48,371 nucleotides of DNA, from the NCBI GenBank assembly GCA_043819135.1, contig JBDRFG010000074.1:1-48371 (forward strand). The letters are read 5' to 3'. The stretch comes from Candidatus Eiseniibacteriota bacterium (lineage in GTDB: Bacteria; Joyebacterota; Joyebacteria; Joyebacterales; Joyebacteraceae). A program made the translations under genes and the position numbers. Shown piece by piece: positions 17,404 through 26,806 of the stretch. The notes beneath the pieces were generated by a model. It had not been told where the DNA came from and searched no databases. It worked only from the letters and a program-made list of their open reading frames with translations. The first letter of the stretch is position 1. Every line of letters starts with the position of its first letter.

Positions 17404-18264
17404 GTGGAGATCATCCGCACAGTGGCGGAGATGAAGAGACTGGCGCGTGAGCTCAGAAGCGGCGGGGCGGTCGTCGGGTTCGTCCCCACGATGGGCTACC
17501 TCCACGAGGGACACCTGACGCTCGTACGGATGGCTTGCGAGCTCGCCGACAGCGTCGTCGTCAGCATCTTCGTGAACCCGACACAGTTCGGCCCCAGCGA
17601 GGACCTCGATACATATCCGCGCGACCTCGACCGTGACGTCGCGCTGCTTGAAGAGGCCGGCGCCGACATCGTCTTCGTGCCTGAAGCTGCCGACGTGTAC
17701 CCGAGAGGCTACGCCACGGTGGTGCACGTGCAGCGCCTGGGCGAGAAGCTCTGTGGCGCGTTCCGTCCGGGGCATTTCGACGGTGTCTGCACCATCGTCG
17801 CCAAGCTTTTTGAGATCGTCCGACCCAATCTGTCCGTCTTCGGCCAGAAGGACGGGCAGCAGGTTGCCGTCATCGAGCGGATGGTCGAGGACTTAGGGCT
17901 GGACGTTCAGATCGTCAGAGGGCCCATCGTCCGCGAACCCGACGGTCTCGCGATGAGCTCACGTAATAGCTACCTGAGCGAGGCGGAGCGCTCGGAGGCC
18001 CCGGTGCTCCACGAGGCGCTGGGACACGCGCGGGCTCTCTTCGATGGCGGCGAGACCGACGCCGAGAAGGTGCTCGGAGAGGTTCGCGCGTTGATCGAGT
18101 CGAAGCAGCACGCCGAAGTGCAGTACATCTCGGCGGTCGACTGGAAATCGCTCGACGACGTGAGGGAACTCAGGGCGGGAACGATGCTCGCGCTGGCGGT
18201 CTTTTTCGGTCGTACGAGGCTCATCGACAACCTGGTGCTCGGGGATGTTGGGGGAGAGGGATGA
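17404..18264 (+). CDS. panC: Pantoate--beta-alanine ligase
   Basis: Motifs FVPTMGYLHEGH, SIFVNPTQF, RPGHFDGV, FGQKD, GLAMSSRN and RLIDN. Confidence 0.97.
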   Translation: MEIIRTVAEMKRLARELRSGGAVVGFVPTMGYLHEGHLTLVRMACELADSVVVSIFVNPTQFGPSEDLDTYPRDLDRDVALLEEAGADIVFVPEAADVYPRGYATVVHVQRLGEKLCGAFRPGHFDGVCTIVAKLFEIVRPNLSVFGQKDGQQVAVIERMVEDLGLDVQIVRGPIVREPDGLAMSSRNSYLSEAERSEAPVLHEALGHARALFDGGETDAEKVLGEVRALIESKQHAEVQYISAVDWKSLDDVRELRAGTMLALAVFFGRTRLIDNLVLGDVGGEG

Positions 18265-18740
18265 ACAGACTGTGGGCGCCCTGGAGAATGGAGTACCTGA
18301 TGTCGGGAAGTTCCGAGGGCTGTATCTTCTGCGTCAAGCCTCCGCAGGACGAAGACGAGCGCAATCTGATCCTCCTGCGTACCGAGCGTGCGTTCATCAT
18401 GCTGAACGCCTACCCCTACAACAACGGCCACCTGATGGTCGCGCCGTTCAGGCACGTCGGCAGCTTCACGGAACTGACGTCTGACGAACGGGCCGACCTC
18501 ATGGATACGATAGCTCATGCGGAGCGGATACTGGAGCGCGCGTTCTCTCCACAGGGCATGAACGTCGGCGCCAACATGGGGCACAGCGCCGGCGCGGGTG
18601 TTCCGGGACACGTTCACGTTCACATCGTGCCGCGCTGGGAGGGCGACACGAACTTCATGTCGGTGGTCGGCGAGACGCGCGTGCTTCCGGAGGCGCTGCA
18701 GCAGACCTACGAGCGTCTGAAGGCCTTCCTGGACACGTAG
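18261..18740 (+). CDS. HIT family hydrolase (Ap4A phosphorylase/FHIT-like)
   Basis: Motifs LWAPWR, CIFC, NAYPYNNGHLMV and HVHVHIVPRW.GD.NFM. Confidence 0.92.
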   Translation: MNRLWAPWRMEYLMSGSSEGCIFCVKPPQDEDERNLILLRTERAFIMLNAYPYNNGHLMVAPFRHVGSFTELTSDERADLMDTIAHAERILERAFSPQGMNVGANMGHSAGAGVPGHVHVHIVPRWEGDTNFMSVVGETRVLPEALQQTYERLKAFLDT

Positions 18741-18745
18741 CCTGC

Positions 18746-18862
18746 TTGCGAGGGTGCGGGGCTCCCCCTTGGGCGGGGCGCTCCGCTCCATCACCTTCGT
18801 CGCGCCGGATTGGCGCGACTCGGTTCTGAGCCCGCCTGCGGGGGAACCCCGCTCCCTCGCAA
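18746..18862. repeat. Long imperfect inverted repeat enclosing an inner hairpin
   Basis: Arms 18746-18768 and 18840-18862 are complementary at 21 of 23 positions. Inner hairpin GTCGCGCC-GGATT-GGCGCGAC at 18799-18819. Confidence 0.75.
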
Positions 18863-18896
18863 CTGGCAACTGCAACACAGACACGAGGAACCCTGA

Positions 18897-19358
18897 TTGG
18901 CCACGAAACGGAAGTCTGCGACGAAGAAGAAGACCACCAGGAAGAGGCGGTCGCGTAAGGCAACACCGTCATCGGTGCTGTACAGCCTCGGCGTGGTCAT
19001 CCTGCTGGCGGCCGTCGTTTACGTCGCGGTCTCGGTCTACGGGCTCGTTGCGCAACGACCCAGCAGGGAGGTGGAGTCAGCGGTGCTCGTGCTGAACGGC
19101 TGCGGTGTCAAGGGTATCGGACTCAAGACTGCCCGCTACCTGCGCGAGCGCGGCCTGGACGTGGTGGACTTCCGGAACGCGGACAGTTTCGATTACGAGG
19201 AGACCATCGTTGTGGACCGGGCGGGGGACATGGGCGCGGCCGTGCAGGTCGCCCGCTTGTTGCGCGTCCCGAATGTCATACAGCAGGTGCCTGAGACCCC
19301 TCTGGTCGACATTATCATCATCGTAGGCGCCGACCACTCCTGGCTCCTCGGGAGCTGA
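18897..19358 (+). CDS. LytR C-terminal domain membrane protein
   Basis: Very basic N-tail, one TM helix, then VLVLNGCGVKGIG, NAD and DIIIIVGAD (LytR_C pattern). TTG start after GAGG. Confidence 0.8.
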   Translation: MATKRKSATKKKTTRKRRSRKATPSSVLYSLGVVILLAAVVYVAVSVYGLVAQRPSREVESAVLVLNGCGVKGIGLKTARYLRERGLDVVDFRNADSFDYEETIVVDRAGDMGAAVQVARLLRVPNVIQQVPETPLVDIIIIVGADHSWLLGS

Positions 19359-19421
19359 GACACCCGGTTTCCGTGACACACGTCCGGCCCCGCGGGGCCA
19401 CGCAGACGTCCGGGCAACCCG

Positions 19422-19467
19422 CAAACGAAAGAGACCTGCCACCTTCGGGCGGCAGGTCTCTCCTCTT
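19422..19467. terminator. Terminator hairpin between the convergent LytR_C and ppiD genes
   Basis: AGAGACCTGCC-10 nt-GGCAGGTCTCT. U-rich tail TTTCGTTT on the minus strand and CCTCTT on the plus strand. Confidence 0.7.
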
Positions 19468-19510
19468 GTCCTAGCGCCGACCGGAGTGCTCGGGCAGCGC
19501 GCTGGTTCGT

Positions 19511-21346
19511 CTAGAAGAACGAGTCGCGGTAGTCGTTGATCTTGGCGTCCGACATCAGGTCCTCAAGCCAGGCGGAGAACACCTGCATCTGCTCGCGCTG
19601 CAGGAGTTGAGTTCTGAGCTGCGCCTCCTGCTCGGTGAACTCCTGCTGGCTGGCGGCTGTTCTCTCCTCGACACGCAGGACGTAGTAGCGATCGGGGTTC
19701 TCCACGTGGACCGCTCCGCTCGTCTGCGACGTGCGAAGCCCGAAGCTGACGCCGACGAACGCGTTCCCACTGCCGACTCCCGGAACGTAGTCCTTCCGCG
19801 AGAAAGGCCGCGACTGCGTCACCTCGTAGCCGCGCCCCGCGGCCGCCTCCTCCAGGTGCTGACCGGAACGAACGGCCGCCGCGATCTCCTCTGCAATGGC
19901 CCTGGCACGGTCGCTCTGCCGCTCGACTATCAGGGCCGTCGCCGCGGGGTGCTGCTCCGGATTCTCTCCTCTGAGTTCTGCGGCGAGATCGTCGTAGGTA
20001 GGAAGGACGCTGGGCAGCTTCTCGGCCACCTCGAACATGTAGTAGGCATCGGCCGTGACATACGGCCCGACGGGTGCGCCCACCTCGCTTCCGAATGCCG
20101 AACTGACGGCGGGCCTCAGGTTCCCGATGCCCGATATGTAGCGGCCGTCGGGGAACGGACGCGTCGCCTTCATCTCGTAGCCCAGCGCCTCCGCGGCGGC
20201 AGCGAGCCCGTCCTTCTCTGTCAGATCCTCCAGTTCGCGCAGCTCGCTCTCCAGCTCGACGAGCGTCTGCTCGCTGGCCTTGACCTCGATCAGTATGTGG
20301 CGCACGTGGACCTGAAGCTCGCCGTTCTCCGTCCTGCGGTCCTCAAGCTTGATGATGTGGTAGCCGAACTCGGTCTTCACGGGGTCGCTGACCTCGCCGA
20401 CCTCGAGTCCGAACGCCACGTCCTCGAATGCCTCGACCATGGAGCCGCGCCCGAAGTAGCCGAGATCGCCGCCCTGCGGTCCGCTCGGGCCCTCCGAGTA
20501 CACGCGCGCAAGCTCCGCGAAGTCCTCGCCGTCGCGGACGGCGGCCGCGAGTTCCTCGAGCCTCAGGACGATGTCCTCCTCGTCCTCAGCAGTTGCCAAC
20601 TTCGGCAGATCGACGAAGCTCATGATCACCATGGCGGGGCGTTCGTAGTCGGCCCTGTGCGCCTGGAAGTACTCGCGGGCCTCCGCCTCGCTGGGTATCA
20701 GCGGCTCGCGCGGGAGCCTGCGCGGGTCGATGCTCACGAAGGAGACGCGGACCTTCTCGTTCATCGCGACGAACTCGTCCCACAGCTCGTTGTCGCTGAC
20801 CATCGCCGCCGACTGGATCTCACGCTGGAGTATCTGTCTCTGAAGGGAGCTTCTGTAGTAGTCGGCAACGGCGTCCCAGCGCTCGGGGTGCAGCTGGATC
20901 TCGCGGTGATACGCGTCGAAGCTGAAGTTGCCGTTGGCATCCTGGAAGGCCGGGGATTGATACACGGACTGCGGAGGGTTGTTCCAAAGGACATCGAGAA
21001 CGACCTGGTCGGGCACGTCGATGCCCAGCTTCTCGATCTGCTTGGTGACGAGGATGTCCGTGACCATGGAATTCCAGGTCTCCTCCCGGATGGCGTCGCG
21101 CGTGGCATCCGATATCTCGGTGCCGCTCTGCTGCGCGTAGTTGACCATCCTCTGCCTGAACTCCTCGGAGAAGTCACGATACAGAATGGGCGCGCCGTCG
21201 ACGACGCCGATGAGACCTTGCTCAGGCGTCGTGCTCTGATCCCTGCGACGGCTGCCGAACATGGAGCCGGCGCCGATACTGACGATGAAGGCGGCGGCCA
21301 CTATCCAGAGGAAGACCTTTGTTCGTGAGCGGAGTATCTCTAGCAT
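19511..21346 (-). CDS. ppiD: PpiD-like membrane-anchored peptidyl-prolyl isomerase/chaperone
   Basis: N-terminal TM, SurA-N domain, parvulin domain (GEDFAELARVYS..GGDLGYF.RG.MV..FE..AF..GEVSDPVKTEFGYHII). RBS GGAGG precedes ATG 21346. Confidence 0.88.
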   Translation of the reverse strand: MLEILRSRTKVFLWIVAAAFIVSIGAGSMFGSRRRDQSTTPEQGLIGVVDGAPILYRDFSEEFRQRMVNYAQQSGTEISDATRDAIREETWNSMVTDILVTKQIEKLGIDVPDQVVLDVLWNNPPQSVYQSPAFQDANGNFSFDAYHREIQLHPERWDAVADYYRSSLQRQILQREIQSAAMVSDNELWDEFVAMNEKVRVSFVSIDPRRLPREPLIPSEAEAREYFQAHRADYERPAMVIMSFVDLPKLATAEDEEDIVLRLEELAAAVRDGEDFAELARVYSEGPSGPQGGDLGYFGRGSMVEAFEDVAFGLEVGEVSDPVKTEFGYHIIKLEDRRTENGELQVHVRHILIEVKASEQTLVELESELRELEDLTEKDGLAAAAEALGYEMKATRPFPDGRYISGIGNLRPAVSSAFGSEVGAPVGPYVTADAYYMFEVAEKLPSVLPTYDDLAAELRGENPEQHPAATALIVERQSDRARAIAEEIAAAVRSGQHLEEAAAGRGYEVTQSRPFSRKDYVPGVGSGNAFVGVSFGLRTSQTSGAVHVENPDRYYVLRVEERTAASQQEFTEQEAQLRTQLLQREQMQVFSAWLEDLMSDAKINDYRDSFF

Positions 21347-21465
21347 TGAGTTTTGCCTCCGTGCGTGGTCGCTCTCATTAATGAGTCTCTCAACGTCTGA
21401 ACTGGACCGAGCCCCGCGCGGGGACTCGCCGCGGCCCGGAACCGACGGACCGCCACAACCTGACG

Positions 21466-21494
21466 AAGATACCACGGGGAGAGGGGCCAGGCAA
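21466..21494 (-). promoter_or_regulatory. sigma70 promoter for ppiD
   Basis: Minus strand reads TTGCCT-17 nt-TATCTT with an extended TG. Confidence 0.55.
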
Positions 21495-21515
21495 GCCGAA
21501 TGTAGGAGTTTCAGG

Positions 21516-21544
21516 TTGACTGTGGCCTACACAGCTGGTATCTT
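21516..21544 (+). promoter_or_regulatory. sigma70 promoter for the EF-G2 gene
   Basis: TTGACT-17 nt-TATCTT with an extended TG. Confidence 0.6.
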
Positions 21545-21613
21545 CTATCGTTTGATACAGTCCGGAATCGAATCACAGGTGGAACTCGCGGGAATCCGTC
21601 GGAAGGAAGCAAC

Positions 21614-23695
21614 ATGAAGTCGCCGTCACCAGACAAGATTCGCAATATCGCCCTGGTCGCTCACGGCGACGCGGGCAAAACGAGCCTCGCCGAGGCGATG
21701 TTGTTCGTTGGAGGGTCAGTGGCTCGGATGGGCAAGGTCGACGACGGATCCGCGGCGCTCGATTTCGCCGAGAACGAGAAGAAGCGGCAGATCACCATCA
21801 ACCTGGGGCTGGGGCACTGTACGTGGAACGGGACCAAGGTGAACATCCTCGATTGTCCCGGCTACGCCGACTTCTACGGCGACGTCAAGGCCGGGCTCCG
21901 CGTGGCCGACGCAGCGATCGTGGTCCTCGCCGGCCCTTCCGGGGTTGAAGTGGGGACGGAACTGGTCTGGCAGTTCATCGAGTCCGCCGGCCAGCCGCGC
22001 ATGATCTGCGTCAACAAGATGGACAAGGAACACGCCGACTTCCGGAAGTGCATGGACAGCGCCGCCAGCGTTCTGGGCGCTCGCGTCGTCCCGGTCGTGA
22101 TCCCGATCGGCGCCGGCGACAGCTTCAAGGGCGTCATCGACCTCATAGAACAGAAGGCGTACATCACCGATGGTTCGGGCAAGGCCAAGCAGGAAGACAT
22201 CCCGGCCGACATGGCGGACGAGGTGGCCGAACTCAGAACTCAGCTGATCGAAGCCGCCGCCGAGTCGGACGAGGAACTGATGGAGAAGTTCTTCGGCGAC
22301 ACAGAGCTGACTCCCGACGAGATCCGAGGTGGACTCAGGGCAGGTGTTGCCTCGGCTTCGATAGTCCCGGCCGTAGCCACCGTCGCGTCTTCGGTCGCGG
22401 GAGTGGAGCCGCTCCTGGGCCTGGTGACGGGCGTCCTGCCCTCGCCGGTGGGCTCGGGCAAGGTGACCGGGACGAGGCCCGGTGGAGAGGACGAGGTGAC
22501 TCTTGATGCCACACCCGACGCGCCGTTTTCCGCTCTGGTGTTCAAGACCGTCTCCGAGCAGCACGTAGGTGAGCTCTCGTTCTTCCGCGTCTATTCCGGT
22601 ACCGTCAGTTCTGGCGACGATGTTCTGAACTCGACCAGAAGAGAGAGCGAACGCATGGGCGGCGTCTATGCTCTCATCGGTCGAGACCGCAAGGAGATGG
22701 AATCGGTCTCGGCGGGCGACATCGCAGGCGTCGTCAAGCTGAAGAACACGTCGACCGGCGACACGCTCTGCGCCAAGAGCAACCCCATCGTGATCCGTCC
22801 GGTTGTGCTTCCGAAGCCGGTGCTGTCCGAGGCGGTCAAGTCGACGACCAAGGGCGACGAGGAGAAGATATCGACGGGCCTCGCCAAGCTCCACGAGGAG
22901 GACCCGACTTTCACTGCCGGCTACGACCGCGTCATCAGGCAGACCATCATCTCGGGGCTGGGTGTTCTTCACCTCGACGTCATGGTCGAGAAGCTCAAGG
23001 ACAGGTTTGGGGTTCAGCTCGAGCGCGAGAAGCCGCGCATCCCGTATCGCGAGACCATCCGGGCGACGGCTTCGGCCGAGGGCAAATACAAGAAACAGAC
23101 CGGCGGACGCGGGCAGTTCGGGGTCGCGTGGCTCAGGCTCGATCCGGTCGAGCGTGGGTCGGGCTTCGAGTTCGCCAACGAGGTTGTCGGCGGCTCGATT
23201 CCATCCAAGTTCATTCCCGCGGTTGAGAAGGGTGTGAAGGAGCGCATGGAGAAGGGCGTCCTGGCCGGCTACCCGGTCGTCGACGTCAGGGTCGCGGTCT
23301 ACGACGGCAAGTTTCATCCAGTCGACTCTTCGGAGAACGCGTTCAAGATGGCCGGTTCCATCGGTTTCCGTTTGGCCGCGGCGGAAGCGAAGCCCGTGCT
23401 CCTGGAACCCGTCTACAACATCACGGTCACGGTCCCCGACGAGTACCTCGGCGACGTCATGAGCGATGTGTCGTCGCGCCGCGGCAAGATCCGCGAGACA
23501 GGACGGCAGGGGCGCTACCAGGTGGTGACCGCCCAGGTGCCGCTTTCCGAGCTCTACAAGTACTCGACGCACCTTCGCTCCATCACTCAGGGTCGAGGCT
23601 TCCACGAGCAGGAGTTCTCGCACTACGAGGACGTTCCGGGCGACGTCCAGGCGAAGGTCGTGGCTGAGTCCGATAGGCCGGAAGAGGACGAGTAG
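21614..23695 (+). CDS. fusA: Elongation factor G paralog (EF-G2 type)
   Basis: IRNIA..AHGDAGKTS, RQITI (canonical RGITI), DCPG, NKMD, YRETI, KQTGGRGQFG, VDSS, LLEP. Not in an rpsL-rpsG-fusA-tuf operon. Confidence 0.92.
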   Translation: MKSPSPDKIRNIALVAHGDAGKTSLAEAMLFVGGSVARMGKVDDGSAALDFAENEKKRQITINLGLGHCTWNGTKVNILDCPGYADFYGDVKAGLRVADAAIVVLAGPSGVEVGTELVWQFIESAGQPRMICVNKMDKEHADFRKCMDSAASVLGARVVPVVIPIGAGDSFKGVIDLIEQKAYITDGSGKAKQEDIPADMADEVAELRTQLIEAAAESDEELMEKFFGDTELTPDEIRGGLRAGVASASIVPAVATVASSVAGVEPLLGLVTGVLPSPVGSGKVTGTRPGGEDEVTLDATPDAPFSALVFKTVSEQHVGELSFFRVYSGTVSSGDDVLNSTRRESERMGGVYALIGRDRKEMESVSAGDIAGVVKLKNTSTGDTLCAKSNPIVIRPVVLPKPVLSEAVKSTTKGDEEKISTGLAKLHEEDPTFTAGYDRVIRQTIISGLGVLHLDVMVEKLKDRFGVQLEREKPRIPYRETIRATASAEGKYKKQTGGRGQFGVAWLRLDPVERGSGFEFANEVVGGSIPSKFIPAVEKGVKERMEKGVLAGYPVVDVRVAVYDGKFHPVDSSENAFKMAGSIGFRLAAAEAKPVLLEPVYNITVTVPDEYLGDVMSDVSSRRGKIRETGRQGRYQVVTAQVPLSELYKYSTHLRSITQGRGFHEQEFSHYEDVPGDVQAKVVAESDRPEEDE

Positions 23696-23799
23696 AGCTG
23701 TTCTCCGCGCTGCGAGCGGTGCTACGCACCGTCCGCGGGCGAGCAACAATTTCCCCCGGCGCTCCGTGACGATCCGGCGCCCGGACAGGGAGGACGGGG

Positions 23800-24555
23800 A
23801 TGTCAGGACACTCCAAGTGGGCCAGTATCAAGCACAAGAAGGGCGCCCTGGATGCCAAGCGGGGCAAGCTTTTCAACAGGCACGCCCGGCTCATCGAGGT
23901 GGCGGCGCGCGCGGGCGGCGGTGACGTTAACATCAACGTCAGGTTAAGGGCAGAGGTGCAGGCGGCGAAGTCCGCGAACATGCCCAACGACAAGATCGAC
24001 AAGGCCATAGCGAAGGGCGCGGGTCTCATCAAGGGCGTGATCTACGAGGAAGCCGTTTACGAGGCCTACGGTCCCGAGGGCGTGGCGCTGATGATAGACA
24101 CGCTGACGGACAACAAGAACAGGACCGTCGGCGAGTTGAGGAACATCCTCACGAAGCACAACGGGCACCTGGGTGAGGGCGGGAGCGTGGCGTGGAACTT
24201 CACGCAGAAGGGTGTGATCGCGGTCCCGGTTGAGGGGAACGAGGAGGACGCGGTGCTCGAGGTCGTGCTGGAGGCCGGGGCCGAGGACCTGACGACCGAG
24301 GGCGACAGCTTCGAGATAACGACCGCTCCGAAGGACTTCGCGGCAGTCCGCAACGCTCTGAACGCCGCGGATATCGCGATCACCCACGCCGAGGTCACGC
24401 GTATCCCGGGAACCACAGTCCAGCTCGAGGAGGATGTGGCCCGGAAGGTCCTGAGGCTCATGGATGTTCTCGACGATCAGGACGACGTCCAGAACGTCTC
24501 CGCGAACTTCGATATTTCCGATGAGGTCTTGGAGGTTCTCAGGGACGAGGGGTAG
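23800..24555 (+). CDS. yebC: YebC/PmpR family protein
   Basis: Motifs MSGHSKWASIKHKK, YEAYGP, TDNKNRT and DDVQNV. Classic position before ruvC. Confidence 0.95.
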   Translation: MSGHSKWASIKHKKGALDAKRGKLFNRHARLIEVAARAGGGDVNINVRLRAEVQAAKSANMPNDKIDKAIAKGAGLIKGVIYEEAVYEAYGPEGVALMIDTLTDNKNRTVGELRNILTKHNGHLGEGGSVAWNFTQKGVIAVPVEGNEEDAVLEVVLEAGAEDLTTEGDSFEITTAPKDFAAVRNALNAADIAITHAEVTRIPGTTVQLEEDVARKVLRLMDVLDDQDDVQNVSANFDISDEVLEVLRDEG

Positions 24556-24559
24556 CGCC

Positions 24560-25057
24560 GTGCCCGGCAAGGTGCTAGTGCTCGGAATCGACCCCGGCAG
24601 CATCGTGACGGGGTTCGGTCTGGTCGAACAGGACGAGAGTGGGATGAAGCTCCTGGCCTGGAGCAGTGTCAGGACCTCGTCCCGGGCGCCGCTGGCGGAG
24701 CGGCTCCGCGCGATCCACGCGGAGACCGCACGCCTGATCGATGCGCATCGGCCGGACGAGGTCGCCGTCGAGAACGTCTTCCAGTCCAAGAACGTTATGT
24801 CCGCGCTCAAGCTCGGCCACGCGCGCGGGGTGACGTTGCTCGCCGCCGCTCAGGCGGAGCTTCCCATCTTCGAATACGCACCGCGCGAGGTGAAGCAGTC
24901 GGTCGTCGGCACCGGATCGGCGACGAAGCTCCAGGTCGCATCCATGGTCGACAGGCTTCTGGGGCTCTCGGGGCAGAAGCTCCTCGAGGACGAGTCCGAC
25001 GCGGTGGCTGTCGCGATCTGCCACTTCCACAAGAGAAACAGGATCACGCCCGCATGA
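24560..25057 (+). CDS. ruvC: Holliday junction resolvase
   Basis: Motifs LGIDPG..TGFG, VAVENVF, LGHARGV, EY.P..VK..V.G.G.A.K.QV and DESDAVAVA. Confidence 0.96.
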   Translation: MPGKVLVLGIDPGSIVTGFGLVEQDESGMKLLAWSSVRTSSRAPLAERLRAIHAETARLIDAHRPDEVAVENVFQSKNVMSALKLGHARGVTLLAAAQAELPIFEYAPREVKQSVVGTGSATKLQVASMVDRLLGLSGQKLLEDESDAVAVAICHFHKRNRITPA

Positions 25058-25644
25058 TCGCAGAGCTCAAAGGGACCCTTCTCAGGAGAAGCCCGGCGGG
25101 CGTCGTCGTGGACGTCGGTGGCATCGGGTTCAGCATGCTGGTTCCTCTCTCGACGTTCCGCGAGCTTGGCGACGAGGGTTCGGAAGTCCATCTCTTCACG
25201 TACCTTCACGTCAGAGAGGATGCTCTGGATCTATATGCTTTCAACACGGTGGCCGAGCGCTCCATCTTCCGCGCGCTGATATCGGTATCGGGCATCGGTC
25301 CGAAGCTCGGGCTTGCGGTGCTTTCGGGCCTGTCACCCGACGTCTTTCATCGGGCCGTGATCGAGGAGGATATCGGGCTTCTCACGAGCGTCACAGGTAT
25401 TGGGAAGAAGACAGCCCAGAGGATGATCATCGAGCTCAAAGAGCGCCTGTCAGGCCTCGACGTATCCTCGATAGGCGGCTCGGGTAGCGGCAAGGAGGAC
25501 ACCGGCGACGCGGTTCTTGCGCTGATGTCTCTGGGCATGAACCGGAACTCCGCGCGCGAGGCCGTGCTGCGCGTGCAGGGCGAGGCCGGATGCGAGCTGT
25601 CGCTCGAGGAACTGGTCCGGCGTGCGCTCAGGAGGGGAGCCTGA
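25054..25644 (+). CDS. ruvA: Holliday junction branch migration protein RuvA
   Basis: [44 protein letters not shown]. Confidence 0.96.
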   Translation: MIAELKGTLLRRSPAGVVVDVGGIGFSMLVPLSTFRELGDEGSEVHLFTYLHVREDALDLYAFNTVAERSIFRALISVSGIGPKLGLAVLSGLSPDVFHRAVIEEDIGLLTSVTGIGKKTAQRMIIELKERLSGLDVSSIGGSGSGKEDTGDAVLALMSLGMNRNSAREAVLRVQGEAGCELSLEELVRRALRRGA

Positions 25645-25648
25645 GCTT

Positions 25649-26677
25649 ATGAGCGAGACGACCGGACGCGTGACAATGCCGGCCCTTTCCAGCGACGACG
25701 TCAAGTTCGACACGAAGCTCAGGCCCACCGACTTCAGCGAGTTCGTCGGGCAGGAGACTCTGAAGCGGAACCTGCGGGTCTTCATTCAGGCGGCGAAGAA
25801 GCGTGGGGAGCCGCTGGACCACTGCCTGTTCTACGGGCCTCCCGGTCTGGGCAAGACCACGCTCGCGCACATCATCGCCACGGAAATGGGGAGCGAACTG
25901 GTCTCGACGTCGGGCCCCGTCATCGAACGCCCCTACGACCTGACGGGCGTCCTCACCAACCTCAAGCGCGGCGACGTTCTCTTCATCGACGAGATCCACC
26001 GGCTCCAGCACGTGGTCGAGGAGTACATGTATCCCGCGATGGAGCAGTTCTCCGTGGACATTGTCCTGGACAAGGGGCCGTCGGCCAGAAGCGTGAAGCT
26101 CAACCTCGAGCACTTCACGCTCGTGGGCGCGACGACGAGGGCCGGACTCCTCACCTCACCTCTCAGGTCACGCTTCGGCGTGGCGCTCAGGCTCAACTAC
26201 TACGACCCCGCGGAGCTTGCGCGCATCGTCACACGGTCGGCCGGCATCCTAGGCGTGCCCATCACGGAGGACGGCGCGGTCGAGATAGCCAGGCGGGCCC
26301 GTGGTACGCCCAGGATCGCCAACCGGCTTCTGCGCCGCGTCCGGGACTTCGCCGAGGTCGAAGGAGACGGGCGCGTCACGGCGGAGGTCGCTCATTGGTC
26401 GCTTCTGAAGCTCCAGGTGGACGAGCGTGGGCTCGACGAGATGGACCGGCGCATCATGGAGGCCGTCATCAGACGCTTCAGCGGCGGACCGGTCGGGGTC
26501 AAGAGCCTCGCCGTGGCCGTGGGGGAAGAGGCAGAGACCATCGAGGAGATATACGAGCCGTTCCTGATCCAGGAGGGGTTTCTCAAGCGCACGTCTCGGG
26601 GAAGAGAGGCGACGCCCACCGCATACGAGTACTTCGGGGAGGGCGCCGCGCCCGGAGAGCAGGAGAAGCTGTTGTAG
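25649..26677 (+). CDS. ruvB: Holliday junction branch migration helicase RuvB
   Basis: [43 protein letters not shown]...RT.RGR. Confidence 0.97.
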   Translation: MSETTGRVTMPALSSDDVKFDTKLRPTDFSEFVGQETLKRNLRVFIQAAKKRGEPLDHCLFYGPPGLGKTTLAHIIATEMGSELVSTSGPVIERPYDLTGVLTNLKRGDVLFIDEIHRLQHVVEEYMYPAMEQFSVDIVLDKGPSARSVKLNLEHFTLVGATTRAGLLTSPLRSRFGVALRLNYYDPAELARIVTRSAGILGVPITEDGAVEIARRARGTPRIANRLLRRVRDFAEVEGDGRVTAEVAHWSLLKLQVDERGLDEMDRRIMEAVIRRFSGGPVGVKSLAVAVGEEAETIEEIYEPFLIQEGFLKRTSRGREATPTAYEYFGEGAAPGEQEKLL

Positions 26678-26685
26678 CGGGAGCG

Positions 26686-26764
26686 GCCGGCGGTTCAGGC
26701 GGCCCTTGGCCGCCGGGCTCCGACTGCTTCGCAACGGCGGCTACGGGCCGCCTGAACCGCCGGC
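26686..26764. repeat. Perfect 20-bp inverted repeat forming a long hairpin between ruvB and queH
   Basis: GCCGGCGGTTCAGGCGGCCC (26686-26705) and GGGCCGCCTGAACCGCCGGC (26745-26764). The stem extends 9 bp further via TGGCCGCCG/CGGCGGCTA. Confidence 0.8.
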
Positions 26765-26806
26765 TACAGCAACGGCAACAGCTACACCACACCGCGAGCA
26801 CTCACC

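Noticed and set aside
21575..21613. GGAAGGAAGCA resembling the SRP RNA domain IV core
   Set aside because: The flanking SRP helix and CAGG pairing are absent, and the sequence sits exactly at the ribosome-binding position of the EF-G2 gene.
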